NCBI GenBank assembly: GCA_050250375.1
Contig: JBFWOS010000001.1
Span: 544,351-608,350, forward strand
DNA from: Candidatus Omnitrophota bacterium
GTDB lineage: Bacteria; Omnitrophota; Gorgyraeia; Zapsychrales; Zapsychraceae
Direction of reading: 5' to 3'
Length of the DNA: 64,000 nucleotides
Below are positions 1-10,452 of this stretch, one piece after another (position 1 is the stretch's first letter; each line of letters starts with the position of its first letter). The translations under genes were made by a program, and so were the position numbers. The notes under the pieces were generated by a model, which did not search any database, was not told the DNA's origin, and saw only the letters and a program-made list of their open reading frames with translations.

Positions 1-1209
1 CATTTTCCGTATCGCCTCATTCCTATCCTTCCCGTATGTAATTAATTTAGCGACCATTGAATCATAATACGGACTGATTTTGTAACCTGGGTATATATGC
101 GTGTCAATTCTGATTCCCGGTCCGCCGGGCAAATTTAACTGTTCAATCGTGCCAGGGGACGGAATAAAATTATTCAGCGGATCTTCGGCGTTGATTCGGC
201 ATTCAATGGCTGCGCCGGTAAAAGTGATATCCTCCTGCTTAAAAGGCAATTTCTTTCCATAAGCAATATTAATTTGTTCCTTCACAATATCTATCCCTGT
301 AATCATCTCAGTGACCGGGTGTTCAACTTGTATACGGGTATTCATTTCCATAAAGAAAAATTCCCCAGAAGCATCGACCAAAAATTCAATCGTTCCGACA
401 CTTTGGTAATCAGCCGCCTTGGCCGCTTTGATCGCGGCTTCGCCCATTTTTTTTCTTAATTTTGGATCTAAGATCGGAGATGGCGCCTCTTCAAGAAGTT
501 TCTGATGTCTTCGCTGGATACTGCAATCACGTTCACCCAAATGAACGATATTCCCATAGTTATCCGCAACAATCTGAAATTCCACGTGCCGGGGATCTTC
601 AATGTATTTCTCGATATAAACGTCCGGATTTCCAAAATTGGCTTCCGCTTCATTCTGGGCAATATTGAATGAACTGGCCAAGGTAATATCATTGTGGCAG
701 ACCCGCATGCCTTTGCCGCCACCACCCGCGGAGGCCTTAACAATAACAGGGTACTTTATCTTTTTAGCAATCTCGATCGCCTCTTCTTTATTCTTAACGA
801 CCCCTTTCCCTCCGGGAGTTAACGGGACGCCTGATTTTCGCATGGTATCTTTTGCGGTGACTTTGTCTCCCATTAACCTTATCGTTTTAGGACTCGGGCC
901 AATAAATTTTATTTTGCAAGACTCACAAATCTCTGCGAAATGGGCGTTCTCAGATAAAAAACCATATCCGGGATGAATTGCTTCCACATCGGTTACTTCG
1001 GCCGCCGATATAATGGCCGGTATATTCAGATAGCTGTCAATGCTGGCAGGCGGACCAATGCAGACGGCCTCATCGGCAAAACGCACATGCAGTGAGTCCC
1101 GATCCGCTTCTGAAAAAACCGCGACCGTCCTTATGTTCATTTCCCGACAGGCCCGAATAATTCTTAAGGCAATTTCTCCACGGTTTGCTATAAGTATTTT
1201 AGAAAACAT
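1..1209 (-). CDS. accC: Biotin carboxylase, acetyl-CoA carboxylase subunit (C-terminal end runs off window start)
   Basis: Manual translation of minus strand from ATG at 1207-1209: [25 protein letters not shown]...; frame still open at nt 1 (...[18 protein letters not shown]). Downstream of accB as in E. coli. Confidence 0.9.
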   Translation of the reverse strand, partial: MFSKILIANRGEIALRIIRACREMNIRTVAVFSEADRDSLHVRFADEAVCIGPPASIDSYLNIPAIISAAEVTDVEAIHPGYGFLSENAHFAEICESCKIKFIGPSPKTIRLMGDKVTAKDTMRKSGVPLTPGGKGVVKNKEEAIEIAKKIKYPVIVKASAGGGGKGMRVCHNDITLASSFNIAQNEAEANFGNPDVYIEKYIEDPRHVEFQIVADNYGNIVHLGERDCSIQRRHQKLLEEAPSPILDPKLRKKMGEAAIKAAKAADYQSVGTIEFLVDASGEFFFMEMNTRIQVEHPVTEMITGIDIVKEQINIAYGKKLPFKQEDITFTGAAIECRINAEDPLNNFIPSPGTIEQLNLPGGPGIRIDTHIYPGYKISPYYDSMVAKLITYGKDRNEAIRKM

Positions 1210-1224
1210 ATATTTTAGTTCTGA

Positions 1225-1677
1225 TTATAGCGGTTCAACAGTAAATAAAACTTGCCCAAACTCAACCGGCTGGGCATTTTCGACCAATACTTCAGCGATC
1301 TTTCCTTTAACTTCAGATTTGATCTCATTCATTAATTTCATGGCTTCGACAATACAGACGACCTGGCCGATTTCGACGACCTGGCCGATTTCGATGAAAG
1401 GCGGTGAGTCTGGAGACGGGGCAAGATAAAATGTGCCCACCATCGGAGATTTGATCTCCAGGTGATTTGAAGGGACTCCTGTTGTTTTAGAATCTGGTTT
1501 TATTGAGGCTGGATGGGCATCAATATGATAACTATGCGGCGAATGGTGAATAAAATCTGAGACTTCAGCGGATGACTTCTTTAATTTTATTTTAACTCCT
1601 TCACGTTCCAATTCAATTTCAGTTAAATCGTTTTCATTCATCAGGTTGATCATTTCACGAATTTCTTTTAAATTCAT
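1225..1677 (-). CDS. accB: Biotin carboxyl carrier protein
   Basis: 150 aa; biotinyl-lysine motif EAMKLMNEI; immediately upstream of accC. Confidence 0.9.
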   Translation of the reverse strand: MNLKEIREMINLMNENDLTEIELEREGVKIKLKKSSAEVSDFIHHSPHSYHIDAHPASIKPDSKTTGVPSNHLEIKSPMVGTFYLAPSPDSPPFIEIGQVVEIGQVVCIVEAMKLMNEIKSEVKGKIAEVLVENAQPVEFGQVLFTVEPL

Positions 1678-2252
1678 GCTTTTACCCTTTCGACATACAG
1701 CCCAGTCCTTGTATCAATCTTGATTTTATCTCCAATGTCGATGAACAAAGGCACAGGTACGGTCGCTCCGCTATCAATTTCAGCCGGTTTATTCCCCGAT
1801 TTAGACGTGTCGCCCTTAAATCCGGGTTCCGTATGAATAACCTCAGCAATAATAAAAATAGGCAACTCGACTTTTAATAATTCATTGTTATAAAACATGC
1901 CCGAGACTTCACAGTTTTCCTGGAGGAATCGAACTGAATCCCCGATCAAACCCTTTGGAACGACAACCTCTTCAAAAGTTGAATTGTCCATAAAATGGTA
2001 ATTGTCGCCACTTTCATATAAATTCTGCAGCTTACGTTCCTCAAGAATAATTTCTTCAACTTTATCTGCTGATTTAATCGTTTTCTCGATGTTTTGCTGA
2101 GTACGGACATTTTTAAGTTTGACTTTAGCAAATGCCCCGCCCTTACCTGGTTTGATATGTTGACTTTCCACGACAATAAAAATATTGCCGTCCATTAGGA
2201 TGCCAATACCGGCCTTGATTTGATTAATGGATATTCCCACTGAGGACCTCAC
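1674..2252 (-). CDS. efp: Elongation factor P
   Basis: 192 aa; KPGKGGAFAKVKLKNVRT motif with conserved modified-lysine loop; 4-nt overlap with accB start. Confidence 0.9.
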   Translation of the reverse strand: MRSSVGISINQIKAGIGILMDGNIFIVVESQHIKPGKGGAFAKVKLKNVRTQQNIEKTIKSADKVEEIILEERKLQNLYESGDNYHFMDNSTFEEVVVPKGLIGDSVRFLQENCEVSGMFYNNELLKVELPIFIIAEVIHTEPGFKGDTSKSGNKPAEIDSGATVPVPLFIDIGDKIKIDTRTGLYVERVKA

Positions 2253-3279
2253 AACCTTTCTTTTTGACCAACACCATCTCTTCTAGCCTTATCCCGAACT
2301 TACCGGATAGATAAACGGCGGGTTCTACCGTGACCACCATCCCGGATTTTAAGGGTTTATTGTTGGTATGATATATTCGGGGACTTTCATGAATTTCCAG
2401 TCCAACACCATGCCCTAGAGAATGGCCAAAATATTTGTCTAACTTTTTACTTTCCAAATATTTACGTGCTTTTAAATCTACTTCTGAAATATCAACACCA
2501 TCCCTGATAACCGCAATGGCTCTTTGCTGCGCTTCGTAGACATGGGCCGATATTTCTTTTACAAGATTTGATATTTTACCTAAAAAGAACATACGTGTCA
2601 AGTCGGTCTTATAGCCATTCAAATCGACCCCCATATCGACTAACACTGGCTCATTATCCCTTATTTTTCTAATAGTTACGTGCGCGTGAGGATAACTGGA
2701 ATTGGGCCCGGAGGCGATGATCGGGCTGAATGAAAAGGTCACATTTTCTGAACGAATAAATGACTCCAATTTGTGCAGCACCTCTTTTTCAGATATATTA
2801 GGTTTAATATATCTTTTAATATATTTTAAGGCACGTTCATGAATACTGAGCCCTTTTCTGATCATCGCAATCTCGCCGGGTTCTTTAATCTCACGAAGAG
2901 ATTCAATTAGCGTATTCGCTTCAATCAAGCGCATGGCTTTGGGGCATTGACTTTGCAATTGTTTAAAGCGATATAGGCTCCAATGATTTTCATTAAATCC
3001 GATTCGCTGGATATTGTCTGCAGCCATGATTTCAAATAAAGATTTATAAATGGATCCATGATAAAGAACGGGCTTGATGGACTTTAAAGATTTTCTGACT
3101 TCATGAAAATAACGAAAATCCGTAAGATAGTATGCCTTTTTAGGCGTAACCAACAGCCAAGATTCGCTGGCCGTGGGATATTGGCTAAGATACCGAACAT
3201 CAATATCATTAACGACAAGCAATGCGTCAATTTTATGTTGATTAAAAAATGATCGGACTTTTGATAAACGGCTGTTCAT
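2224..3279 (-). CDS. M24-family Xaa-Pro aminopeptidase
   Basis: 351 aa; creatinase-N plus M24 metal-binding core (HGVGLEIHESP, EEMVLV). Confidence 0.8.
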   Translation of the reverse strand: MNSRLSKVRSFFNQHKIDALLVVNDIDVRYLSQYPTASESWLLVTPKKAYYLTDFRYFHEVRKSLKSIKPVLYHGSIYKSLFEIMAADNIQRIGFNENHWSLYRFKQLQSQCPKAMRLIEANTLIESLREIKEPGEIAMIRKGLSIHERALKYIKRYIKPNISEKEVLHKLESFIRSENVTFSFSPIIASGPNSSYPHAHVTIRKIRDNEPVLVDMGVDLNGYKTDLTRMFFLGKISNLVKEISAHVYEAQQRAIAVIRDGVDISEVDLKARKYLESKKLDKYFGHSLGHGVGLEIHESPRIYHTNNKPLKSGMVVTVEPAVYLSGKFGIRLEEMVLVKKKGCEVLSGNIH

Positions 3280-3325
3280 TGAATACTAGAGGGGAAAATC
3301 TAAGTCCCGTGACTTGGTAGTTTAT

Positions 3326-3766
3326 TCATTGATTAACAATCTTAATGAGGGCATCCAGGCCTAAAAAATAACTTTCGATACCAAATCCTGTTATTTGACC
3401 AAGACAAACCGGAGCACATAACGAAATATGCCGAAATTCTTCACGGGCATGAATATTAGACAAATGAACCTCAACGGTCGGTATATTGGCAGCCGCAATG
3501 GCGTCACGTATGGCGATACTCGTATGTGTATAGGCTGCCGGGTTGATCAGAATAGCCTTGTATTGTTGAGTCTTTGCCGTTCCGATCACATCCACGATCT
3601 CGCCCTCATGATTGGACTGGAATATGTCCAAAACAATCTTCTTTTCTTTGGCTTTGGAAATAAGCTGTTCATTAATCTGGCTTAACGTGGTATTACCATA
3701 AATGTTGTTTTCACGCTGGCCTAAAAGGTTCAAATTGGGACCGTGTATGACTAATATTTTGTTCAA
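3326..3766 (-). CDS. aroQ: 3-dehydroquinate dehydratase type II
   Basis: 146 aa; [14 protein letters not shown]...YG..TL signature. Confidence 0.9.
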   Translation of the reverse strand: MNKILVIHGPNLNLLGQRENNIYGNTTLSQINEQLISKAKEKKIVLDIFQSNHEGEIVDVIGTAKTQQYKAILINPAAYTHTSIAIRDAIAAANIPTVEVHLSNIHAREEFRHISLCAPVCLGQITGFGIESYFLGLDALIKIVNQ

Positions 3767-3768
3767 AA

Positions 3769-4236
3769 TTACTCCTTTTCCGAATTCTTTCTTGCACGGC
3801 TGATTTCTACATATTTAATCTGAAGTTCATAAATGGATGCATCCAGAAGGTTTTCTTCTTTATCATCCAGGTTTCCTTTGGTTTTTTCACGGATCATCAC
3901 CAACGTATCAATTAAGAACTTAGCCTGGCCAATATTTTCTTCCTTTTGATTAGTCACGGGATGGGGAATTTCACCCAAAAATATCAATGCCTGAAACCCA
4001 AGACTTGTTACATAGTTCAAGAAATTAATTTCAATCGATCCGTAATCCCCATCAGACTGGTCGTTTTTGAATCCCTCCAGATTATCTTCCTCCCGTTCAT
4101 CTTGTAAAGAATTAAGCGGCTCTTTGACATATATCTTGGATTTTTGTTTGCCCGGAATTTCTTTGGGATTCTGTTGTTCTTTGTCCCTGAACGCCGCTTC
4201 TTTCCAGGATTCATCAACAAATTTATCATCTTCCAT
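3769..4236 (-). CDS. DUF1844-like hypothetical protein
   Basis: ORF track gives 3769..4308. Trimmed to internal ATG at 4234-4236 (MEDDKF...), which has AGAAGAGG RBS upstream. FxNYV.SL..QAL..LG motif typical of DUF1844. Confidence 0.5.
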   Translation of the reverse strand: MEDDKFVDESWKEAAFRDKEQQNPKEIPGKQKSKIYVKEPLNSLQDEREEDNLEGFKNDQSDGDYGSIEINFLNYVTSLGFQALIFLGEIPHPVTNQKEENIGQAKFLIDTLVMIREKTKGNLDDKEENLLDASIYELQIKYVEISRARKNSEKE

Positions 4237-4355
4237 AGTAACCTCTTCTTTCAAGCGTGAGATCCATGCTAAACTAAAATGTTTGAATGAGTAGCCATAG
4301 AATATCATTTTGCCCAGCCAATGTCAAACAGATGATCCCCGACGATAAGGAAAAA

Positions 4356-5063
4356 TTACGGGTTAAGCTCTTCACCGTTACCTCTAAAGGTGATAACAAC
4401 ATTAAATGTCAACTGTGGATAAGGCAGATCTTTGGGAAACGGGGGAAACGGGGCAGAATCTTTTATGCTCCGTAACCCGATTGAACGTAAATATTCATTC
4501 GCGGATGTTTTTTCTTCAATAATCTTGATCGCATCAATCTCTCCCTTAGAATTAACAACAAACGTCAAATAAATATAACCCTCCTCAAAATCTTCCAGAT
4601 CAAAATAACTAAACGCCTTACTCCGGATTCTCTGCCAAAGAGTTTGATTGTAACTAATATATTTTGGATTGGTTATTTTTTCTGACCTGATTAAATCAAC
4701 CGACATTTTTCGCTCAGAATCGAATGTTTTGAGATCAGGTGTCATTTTTCGGTCCAGCGAAACCTTTTTAGAAAACTTTGAGATATCCTTAACCTCTTTA
4801 TCAAAGACAGAAAATTTTTCATTGGTTTTCTTGATCAGCTTAACATCCTTCGGCAACGGCCGTTCTTTTATAGCCTTTGATTCTTTCTCAACAATCGGTT
4901 TTTGTTTTTCAACCTTGACAGACGCCACCTTCTGATAAGTCACCTCAATTTGGTTTACCTTTTTGGGAGGGTCTATGATCCGTTTAGAAGCCAACGATTT
5001 TATGACAGAGAAATGAATGAAGCAGGAAATTATAAAACAACAATAAAATAGTTTATTCTGCAT
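4356..5063 (-). CDS. TonB C-terminal-domain protein (energy-transducer-like, N-terminal membrane anchor)
   Basis: 235 aa; N-terminal hydrophobic segment, K/E-rich linker, TonB-C-like C-terminus (YIYLTFVVNSKGEIDAIKIIE...APFPPFP...LTFNVVITF). Confidence 0.6.
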   Translation of the reverse strand: MQNKLFYCCFIISCFIHFSVIKSLASKRIIDPPKKVNQIEVTYQKVASVKVEKQKPIVEKESKAIKERPLPKDVKLIKKTNEKFSVFDKEVKDISKFSKKVSLDRKMTPDLKTFDSERKMSVDLIRSEKITNPKYISYNQTLWQRIRSKAFSYFDLEDFEEGYIYLTFVVNSKGEIDAIKIIEEKTSANEYLRSIGLRSIKDSAPFPPFPKDLPYPQLTFNVVITFRGNGEELNP

Positions 5064-5148
5064 GCTTAGTTCTGGTTCCTAAATTATGTCTCAGCTCAAA
5101 CCGTTTCGGGATCATGCTGCTGACTGTGATAAACAACAATCATAGAAA

Positions 5149-5814
5149 CTATGGGGTAAATATCTCTTTTATCAAGTATTTAAAAAAACGTAAGGTGTCC
5201 CGTACGGGACGTATGTGGCTTGTTTCTCCACGATAAATTGTCTGAACAGGAACAGCATGGATTGAAAAACCCTTCTTAGCGCTCTTGATCAGTATTTCGG
5301 ATTCAATTTCATAACATCCGCTCGTTAATTTAATTGTTTGCAGAACATCTTTGCCGATAAACCTGTAACCGCATTGCGAATCCAAAACTTTTTGCCGGCA
5401 AACAGCCGAAATCAAAAAGGACATAAACCGGTTGGTGCATCGTCTGACAAAAGGCATATCTTTGAAATTAGTCATTCTGTCACCGTTTATGATTGTATCT
5501 TTCTGAAAATGCGGGGACGCAAAGAAATTATCCAGGTCACTGATCGCATGCTGACCGTCCCCATCCATTGTAATAACTCCATCGTACCCCCGGTCCAGGA
5601 CGTATTGAAACCCTTTTTGTAAGCTGAAACCTTTTCCCTGGTTTGTCCCATTGGACAATACGACCGCCCCGTTCTCAGCAGCCAAGGCGCCCGATCCGTC
5701 GGATGATCCGTCATCAATCACCACGACAGACAGTTTTTTATCTTTTAGTTTTCGAACGATGTCGCCGATGGTCTTTCCTTCATTCAAGATAGGGATTAAA
5801 ATGCAGACTTTCAT
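5149..5814 (-). CDS. Family 2 glycosyltransferase (DPM1/GtrB-like, no C-terminal TM)
   Basis: 221 aa; ILIPILNE...VVVIDDGSSDGS...DGDGQH motifs (DxD). Confidence 0.75.
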   Translation of the reverse strand: MKVCILIPILNEGKTIGDIVRKLKDKKLSVVVIDDGSSDGSGALAAENGAVVLSNGTNQGKGFSLQKGFQYVLDRGYDGVITMDGDGQHAISDLDNFFASPHFQKDTIINGDRMTNFKDMPFVRRCTNRFMSFLISAVCRQKVLDSQCGYRFIGKDVLQTIKLTSGCYEIESEILIKSAKKGFSIHAVPVQTIYRGETSHIRPVRDTLRFFKYLIKEIFTP

Positions 5815-6080
5815 TAATGTCCCGGCTCCAGTTTAAATAAGACAGAACCAATAGGGGCTTCGTCTCCCTCCATAAAACATAACTCCTTAATTATTCCGTC
5901 AGAAGTAGCTGGAACATTAAAGGTGGCCTTATCGGTAACCACTTCAACGACGTCGTCATTCTTTTTGATTGTATCTCCAACATTATGATGATAGCAGGCG
6001 ATCGTCGCTTTTTCGACACCTTCACCTAATTCCGGCAACAAAACGTCAACCATATTTATCTCCTGTTTATTTTTCATCAT
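5814..6080 (-). CDS. Standalone lipoyl-domain protein (putative lipoyl/octanoyl carrier)
   Basis: 88 aa; lipoyl-lysine motif VTDKATFNVPA; 4-nt overlaps with lipB upstream and GT2 downstream. Confidence 0.7.
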   Translation of the reverse strand: MMKNKQEINMVDVLLPELGEGVEKATIACYHHNVGDTIKKNDDVVEVVTDKATFNVPATSDGIIKELCFMEGDEAPIGSVLFKLEPGH

Positions 6081-6823
6081 TTCCTTTTAGTGGAAAATGA
6101 AGACGGTTCGCTTTCAGGGTGATCTCGTTGAGGCAAAGCTTTAGAAGACTCACCTGAATCATAGGACTCAGAACGACCTTTGACTAAATTGAAAATATTT
6201 AAAAATTGATCAATTACCTTTTCTTTTATTTCCTGCATACTCAGTTTATGTCCCAATATATTAGACATAGAATTCATCTCAACATTTAATCCGCATGGTT
6301 TTATGCATGAAAACAACGACAGGTCCGTGTTCACATTGATCCCAACCCCGTGAAAAGAGACCCAGCGTTTGACACCAATCCCAATCGAAACAACCTTTTT
6401 GTCATCGACCCATACACCCGTTTGCCCTGATTCTCGCCTGGGGTTAAGTCCATACCGTTTCAAGACCGCCATCGATATGTCTTCCAAGGCCCTTAAGTAT
6501 ATCCTTAAATCCTTTCCATAATCCACCAGGTTAATGATCGGATAAATAACCAGTTGGCCGGGAGCATGCAAAGTCACATCTCCTCCACGGTCAATATCCC
6601 TAACGGCTATTCCCCGGTCATCCAAGAATTGCTGCCCCAATAGAATATTTTCAGTCTTTGTCATCCTTCCTTTTGTTAAGACGGCCGGGTGTTCGCATAA
6701 AAAAAGAAACGGACCAGAACCTTCCAATACTTTATCAACATATTGCTTCTGAAGCGCATAGGCCCGCTCATAACCGATTAAACCCAAATCCATGGTTGTT
6801 AGTTGTTTTTGTCCGAATTTCAT
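6077..6823 (-). CDS. lipB: Octanoyl-[ACP]:protein N-octanoyltransferase
   Basis: 248 aa; RGGDVTLHAPGQLVIYPI catalytic region; GGAG RBS before ATG at 6823; low-complexity C-terminal tail. Confidence 0.85.
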   Translation of the reverse strand: MKFGQKQLTTMDLGLIGYERAYALQKQYVDKVLEGSGPFLFLCEHPAVLTKGRMTKTENILLGQQFLDDRGIAVRDIDRGGDVTLHAPGQLVIYPIINLVDYGKDLRIYLRALEDISMAVLKRYGLNPRRESGQTGVWVDDKKVVSIGIGVKRWVSFHGVGINVNTDLSLFSCIKPCGLNVEMNSMSNILGHKLSMQEIKEKVIDQFLNIFNLVKGRSESYDSGESSKALPQRDHPESEPSSFSTKRK

Positions 6824-6838
6824 CCTTACTCCAAATAA

Positions 6839-6874
6839 TTAACCCCGGCCATCTTTTAAGATGGGCGGGGTTAA
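6839..6874 (-). terminator. GC-rich hairpin downstream of icd (17-bp stem, one mismatch) followed by TTATTT
   Basis: ttaaccccggccatctt-tt-aagatgggcggggttaa read on plus; sits 35 nt after icd stop and about 15 nt before lipB RBS. Confidence 0.5.
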
Positions 6875-6908
6875 TTATACCAAAACTTGTTCTTTGTTTT
6901 ATAGTAAT

Positions 6909-8117
6909 TTATTTTTTAAGTTTCTTAACTTCCGCTTCCCAGCTCGCCTTCAACTTAGAATTGTCGACCCAAGACAATAAATAATCGGTATATTCCGCAC
7001 CGGTTACTCCCGTATCACGTCCGGTTAAAACCTTCTTTTTTTCAAATTGTCCGCACATTTCAAGCGCCATATCAATCTTATCCGCCTTATCGGGACGACC
7101 GATGTGTCTTAAAAGCATGGCTGCCGCCCTGATCATTGAAGACGGATCAGCGAATTTTGCCCGTCCTTCTTTCACCATACGCGGGGCGCTTCCGTGAATC
7201 GCTTCAAACATACTCCAACGTTTACCAATATTCGCACTTCCTGCTGTGCCGACACCGCCCTGTAATTGTGCCGCTTCATCCGTTAGAATATCTCCGTAGA
7301 GATTAGGCATTACCATGACCTGAAATTCATTTCTTCGTGCTGGATCAATCAATTTTGCCGTCATGATGTCAATATACCATTCATCAAGGGTAATCCCCGG
7401 ATATTCGCCCGAAATACGTTTGGCCACCCTGGAAAATCGTCCGTCCGTAGTCTTAACAACATTGGATTTAGTCACTACTGTCACGCGTTTCTTTTTATTC
7501 ACTTTTGCATATTCAAACGCCATACGGATAATACGCTCCGATCCCTGTTCCGTTGTGATTGTAAAGTCAACACTCAAATCTTTCGTAACATCAAATCCCT
7601 TGGATCCGACGATATACGCTCCTTCAGTATTTTCCCTGAAAAAAGTCCAATCCACACCTTCCTGGGGTATCTTGACGGGTCTGACATTCGCAAACAGGTC
7701 AAGACTCCTGCGCATAGCCACATTGGCACTTTCAATATTCGGCCATTCGTCACCAGCCTGCGGTGTGGTTGTGGGTCCCTTTAAAATGACATGACAGGAT
7801 TTAATCTCTTTTAGGACGTCATCCGGGATCGCCTTATTCTGTTTGGCCCGGTTTTCAATGGTTAGTCCTGCGATATCACGGATTTCTACTTTTCCCGCCT
7901 TAACATCCGACTTCAAGACGTGCGTCAAAACTTGCTGCGCGTTCTTGGAGATAACCTCGCCGATTCCATCACCCCAGCAGGATCCAATAATAATCTTATC
8001 CAGAGAAGAAAAATCCATAAAAGCACCGCTTTTATTCATCTCCTTGACCCGCTTTAATTGTTCTTCAATAAGTGCACCGAATTTTTCTTTAGCTGAATCT
8101 ATAAATTTTTGTGACAT
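6909..8117 (-). CDS. icd: NADP-dependent isocitrate dehydrogenase
   Basis: 402 aa; NLYGDILTDEAAQLQGGVGTAGSANIG; SANVAMRR..DLFANVRP aligns with the E. coli Icd S113 region. Confidence 0.75.
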   Translation of the reverse strand: MSQKFIDSAKEKFGALIEEQLKRVKEMNKSGAFMDFSSLDKIIIGSCWGDGIGEVISKNAQQVLTHVLKSDVKAGKVEIRDIAGLTIENRAKQNKAIPDDVLKEIKSCHVILKGPTTTPQAGDEWPNIESANVAMRRSLDLFANVRPVKIPQEGVDWTFFRENTEGAYIVGSKGFDVTKDLSVDFTITTEQGSERIIRMAFEYAKVNKKKRVTVVTKSNVVKTTDGRFSRVAKRISGEYPGITLDEWYIDIMTAKLIDPARRNEFQVMVMPNLYGDILTDEAAQLQGGVGTAGSANIGKRWSMFEAIHGSAPRMVKEGRAKFADPSSMIRAAAMLLRHIGRPDKADKIDMALEMCGQFEKKKVLTGRDTGVTGAEYTDYLLSWVDNSKLKASWEAEVKKLKK

Positions 8118-8170
8118 TTCTTTCCTCTATCTAATCTGGAATTTCTTAAATTAGTAAAATTGGTTGAATA

Positions 8171-9238
8171 TTAATAATCACTCGATCGACGAAGAAGCTG
8201 CTCGAATTCTTCAAGATTCTTGACCTGCATAATAGCATCTTCGTAGGTGATGACACCTTGCTCATACAGTGTCTTCAAGGACATATCCATGGTATGCATT
8301 CCGTATTGAATGCCTGTCTGAATGGATGTGGGGATTTGTTCAACCGCTCTTTCTCGGATCAAATTTCTAATAGCAGGTGTCGCGACCAATACTTCGGACG
8401 CCATAACCCGGCCTTGACCCGATGCCCTGGGTAATAATGTTTGAGAAACAATGCCTTGCAAAGCCGCCGATAGCTGCAACCGAACTTGCTGCTGCTGATG
8501 AGCAGGAAAAACGTCAATAACCCGTTCAATCGTCTGCGCCGTATCAGGTGTGTGCAGGGTAGCCAACACAAGGTGACCTGTTTCCGCGGCCGTAAGTGCC
8601 GTCGAGATCGTCTCAAGATCACGCATTTCACCAACAATAATGACATCCGGGTCCTGACGCAAACATCTCTTTAATGCTTCAGAAAATGAATTTGTGTCAC
8701 TATAAATTTCCCGCTGTTTGATGACAGCTTTGTTGTTTCTGTGGACATACTCTATAGGATCTTCAATACAGATAATCATACAAGAGCGTTCGGAATTGAT
8801 AACATTAACCATTGAAGCTAAGGTGGTTGTTTTACCGGAACCGGTGGGACCCGTAATAAGAACCAGTCCACTCGGTCTACGCGCAAAATCCAGGACCGCC
8901 GGAGGCAAACCCAAGTCTTCAATCGACGGAATATAATGCGGGATGCGTCTTAATGCCGCTTCAACGGAACCCTTCTGGATATGAACATTAACACGAAAAC
9001 GCTCAAGCCCTTCCATAGACAGAGAAAAATCCAATTCACGCTCTTGTTCAAACTTTTCTTTTTGGGTATCCGTCAGAATACCATAAATACATTTCTTTAA
9101 CTCTTCTTTAGATAAGGCGGGCCTGTCGGTTAATGTTAATTTACCGTCCATTCGAAGTACTGGCGGGCTGTTTTCTGTTAAATGGAGATCTGATGCCTTA
9201 CGTTCAATACACAATTTTAGAAGTTCTTTTAGGTCCAA
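8171..9238 (-). CDS. pilT: Type IV pilus retraction ATPase PilT
   Basis: 355 aa; Walker A GPTGSGKTTT; PilT-specific AIRNLIRE motif. Confidence 0.9.
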   Translation of the reverse strand: MDLKELLKLCIERKASDLHLTENSPPVLRMDGKLTLTDRPALSKEELKKCIYGILTDTQKEKFEQERELDFSLSMEGLERFRVNVHIQKGSVEAALRRIPHYIPSIEDLGLPPAVLDFARRPSGLVLITGPTGSGKTTTLASMVNVINSERSCMIICIEDPIEYVHRNNKAVIKQREIYSDTNSFSEALKRCLRQDPDVIIVGEMRDLETISTALTAAETGHLVLATLHTPDTAQTIERVIDVFPAHQQQQVRLQLSAALQGIVSQTLLPRASGQGRVMASEVLVATPAIRNLIRERAVEQIPTSIQTGIQYGMHTMDMSLKTLYEQGVITYEDAIMQVKNLEEFEQLLRRSSDY

Positions 9239-9272
9239 CGAAAACTCCTGTTTTGGGGTAATGATTGGTTGG

Positions 9273-10451
9273 TTAGGAATTATTTTTAATCCATTGAGCT
9301 ATGCGTCTGACACCTTCTTCAATTCGTTCATTTGAAGTTGCATAACTTAACCGGATATAACCGGGAGCGCCAAATCCTTCACCTGGAATAACGGCTACAT
9401 TGACGTCATTGAGAATTCTTTTGGCTAGGTCAAATGATTCACCCAATTTTGAAAAATCACAGAACAGGTAAAATGCTCCTTGAGGTCTAATATAACTAAC
9501 TTCAGGTATGCTGTCAAATAGAGAAGTAATTAAATCTCTGCGCTCTTTGAATATATCCCTCATAGCCATAACCTTATCATTAGGTTCTTTTAACGCCTGC
9601 AAAGCGGCCGCCTGACTGATCGAACACGGATTGGATGTCGTATGGTCTTGGAAATTTTTTATATACCCCATGACTTCTTCGTTGCCCGCGGCATAACCGA
9701 TCCGCCAGCCAGTCATGGAATACGCCTTTGAAACACCGTTGACGGTAAATGTTAGATTGTAAATGTCATCATTTAACGAGGCGATGGAAGTATAACGATC
9801 CGTATCATAGATTAGTTTTTCGTATATTTCGTCGCTGATAACATAGATATTATTCTTTACACAAATATCAGCAATTGGCTTGAGTTCCTCCTTGGAATAG
9901 AGCATTCCGGTAGGATTTGAAGGAGAAGCCAGCACAAATATTCTGGTTCTTTCGGTCAAACACGAAGACAATTGTTTAGCGGTCACTTTAAAATTTGTTG
10001 ACGCAGTTGTCTCAAGGATTTTAGGAGTCGCCCCTGAAATTTTCACCATTTCGGGATAACTGACCCAATACGGCGCGGGGATAATAACCTCATCCCCTTC
10101 CTCGGAAAGCATTTGGATAATATTAAAAATGGAATGTTTGGCCCCGCAAGAAACAACAATCTGGGATGGCTTATAATTAAGTTGATTGTCGATCTTGAAC
10201 TTTTCCGAAATGGCTTCTCTAAGCTGAGGCGTTCCAACACTGGGGGTATATTTAGTCTTTCCGGCCTCAATAGCGGCTATCGCGGCTTTTTTGATGGTAT
10301 CAGGGGTATCAAAATCCGGCTCTCCAGCGGCAAAGTTGACTACGTCTTTACCTTGAGCTTTAAGTTCATTGGCTTTTGCCGTAATCGCTAACGTGGATGA
10401 GCCCAAGACTTCTTGAATTCTTTTATTAATCTTGAAAGACATAGTCTGCAT
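9273..10451 (-). CDS. Class I aminotransferase (aspartate aminotransferase-like)
   Basis: 392 aa; NFAAGEPDFDTP, SPSNPTG, PLP-lysine region GVSKAYSMTGWRIGY. Confidence 0.8.
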   Translation of the reverse strand: MQTMSFKINKRIQEVLGSSTLAITAKANELKAQGKDVVNFAAGEPDFDTPDTIKKAAIAAIEAGKTKYTPSVGTPQLREAISEKFKIDNQLNYKPSQIVVSCGAKHSIFNIIQMLSEEGDEVIIPAPYWVSYPEMVKISGATPKILETTASTNFKVTAKQLSSCLTERTRIFVLASPSNPTGMLYSKEELKPIADICVKNNIYVISDEIYEKLIYDTDRYTSIASLNDDIYNLTFTVNGVSKAYSMTGWRIGYAAGNEEVMGYIKNFQDHTTSNPCSISQAAALQALKEPNDKVMAMRDIFKERRDLITSLFDSIPEVSYIRPQGAFYLFCDFSKLGESFDLAKRILNDVNVAVIPGEGFGAPGYIRLSYATSNERIEEGVRRIAQWIKNNS

Positions 10452-10452
10452 T

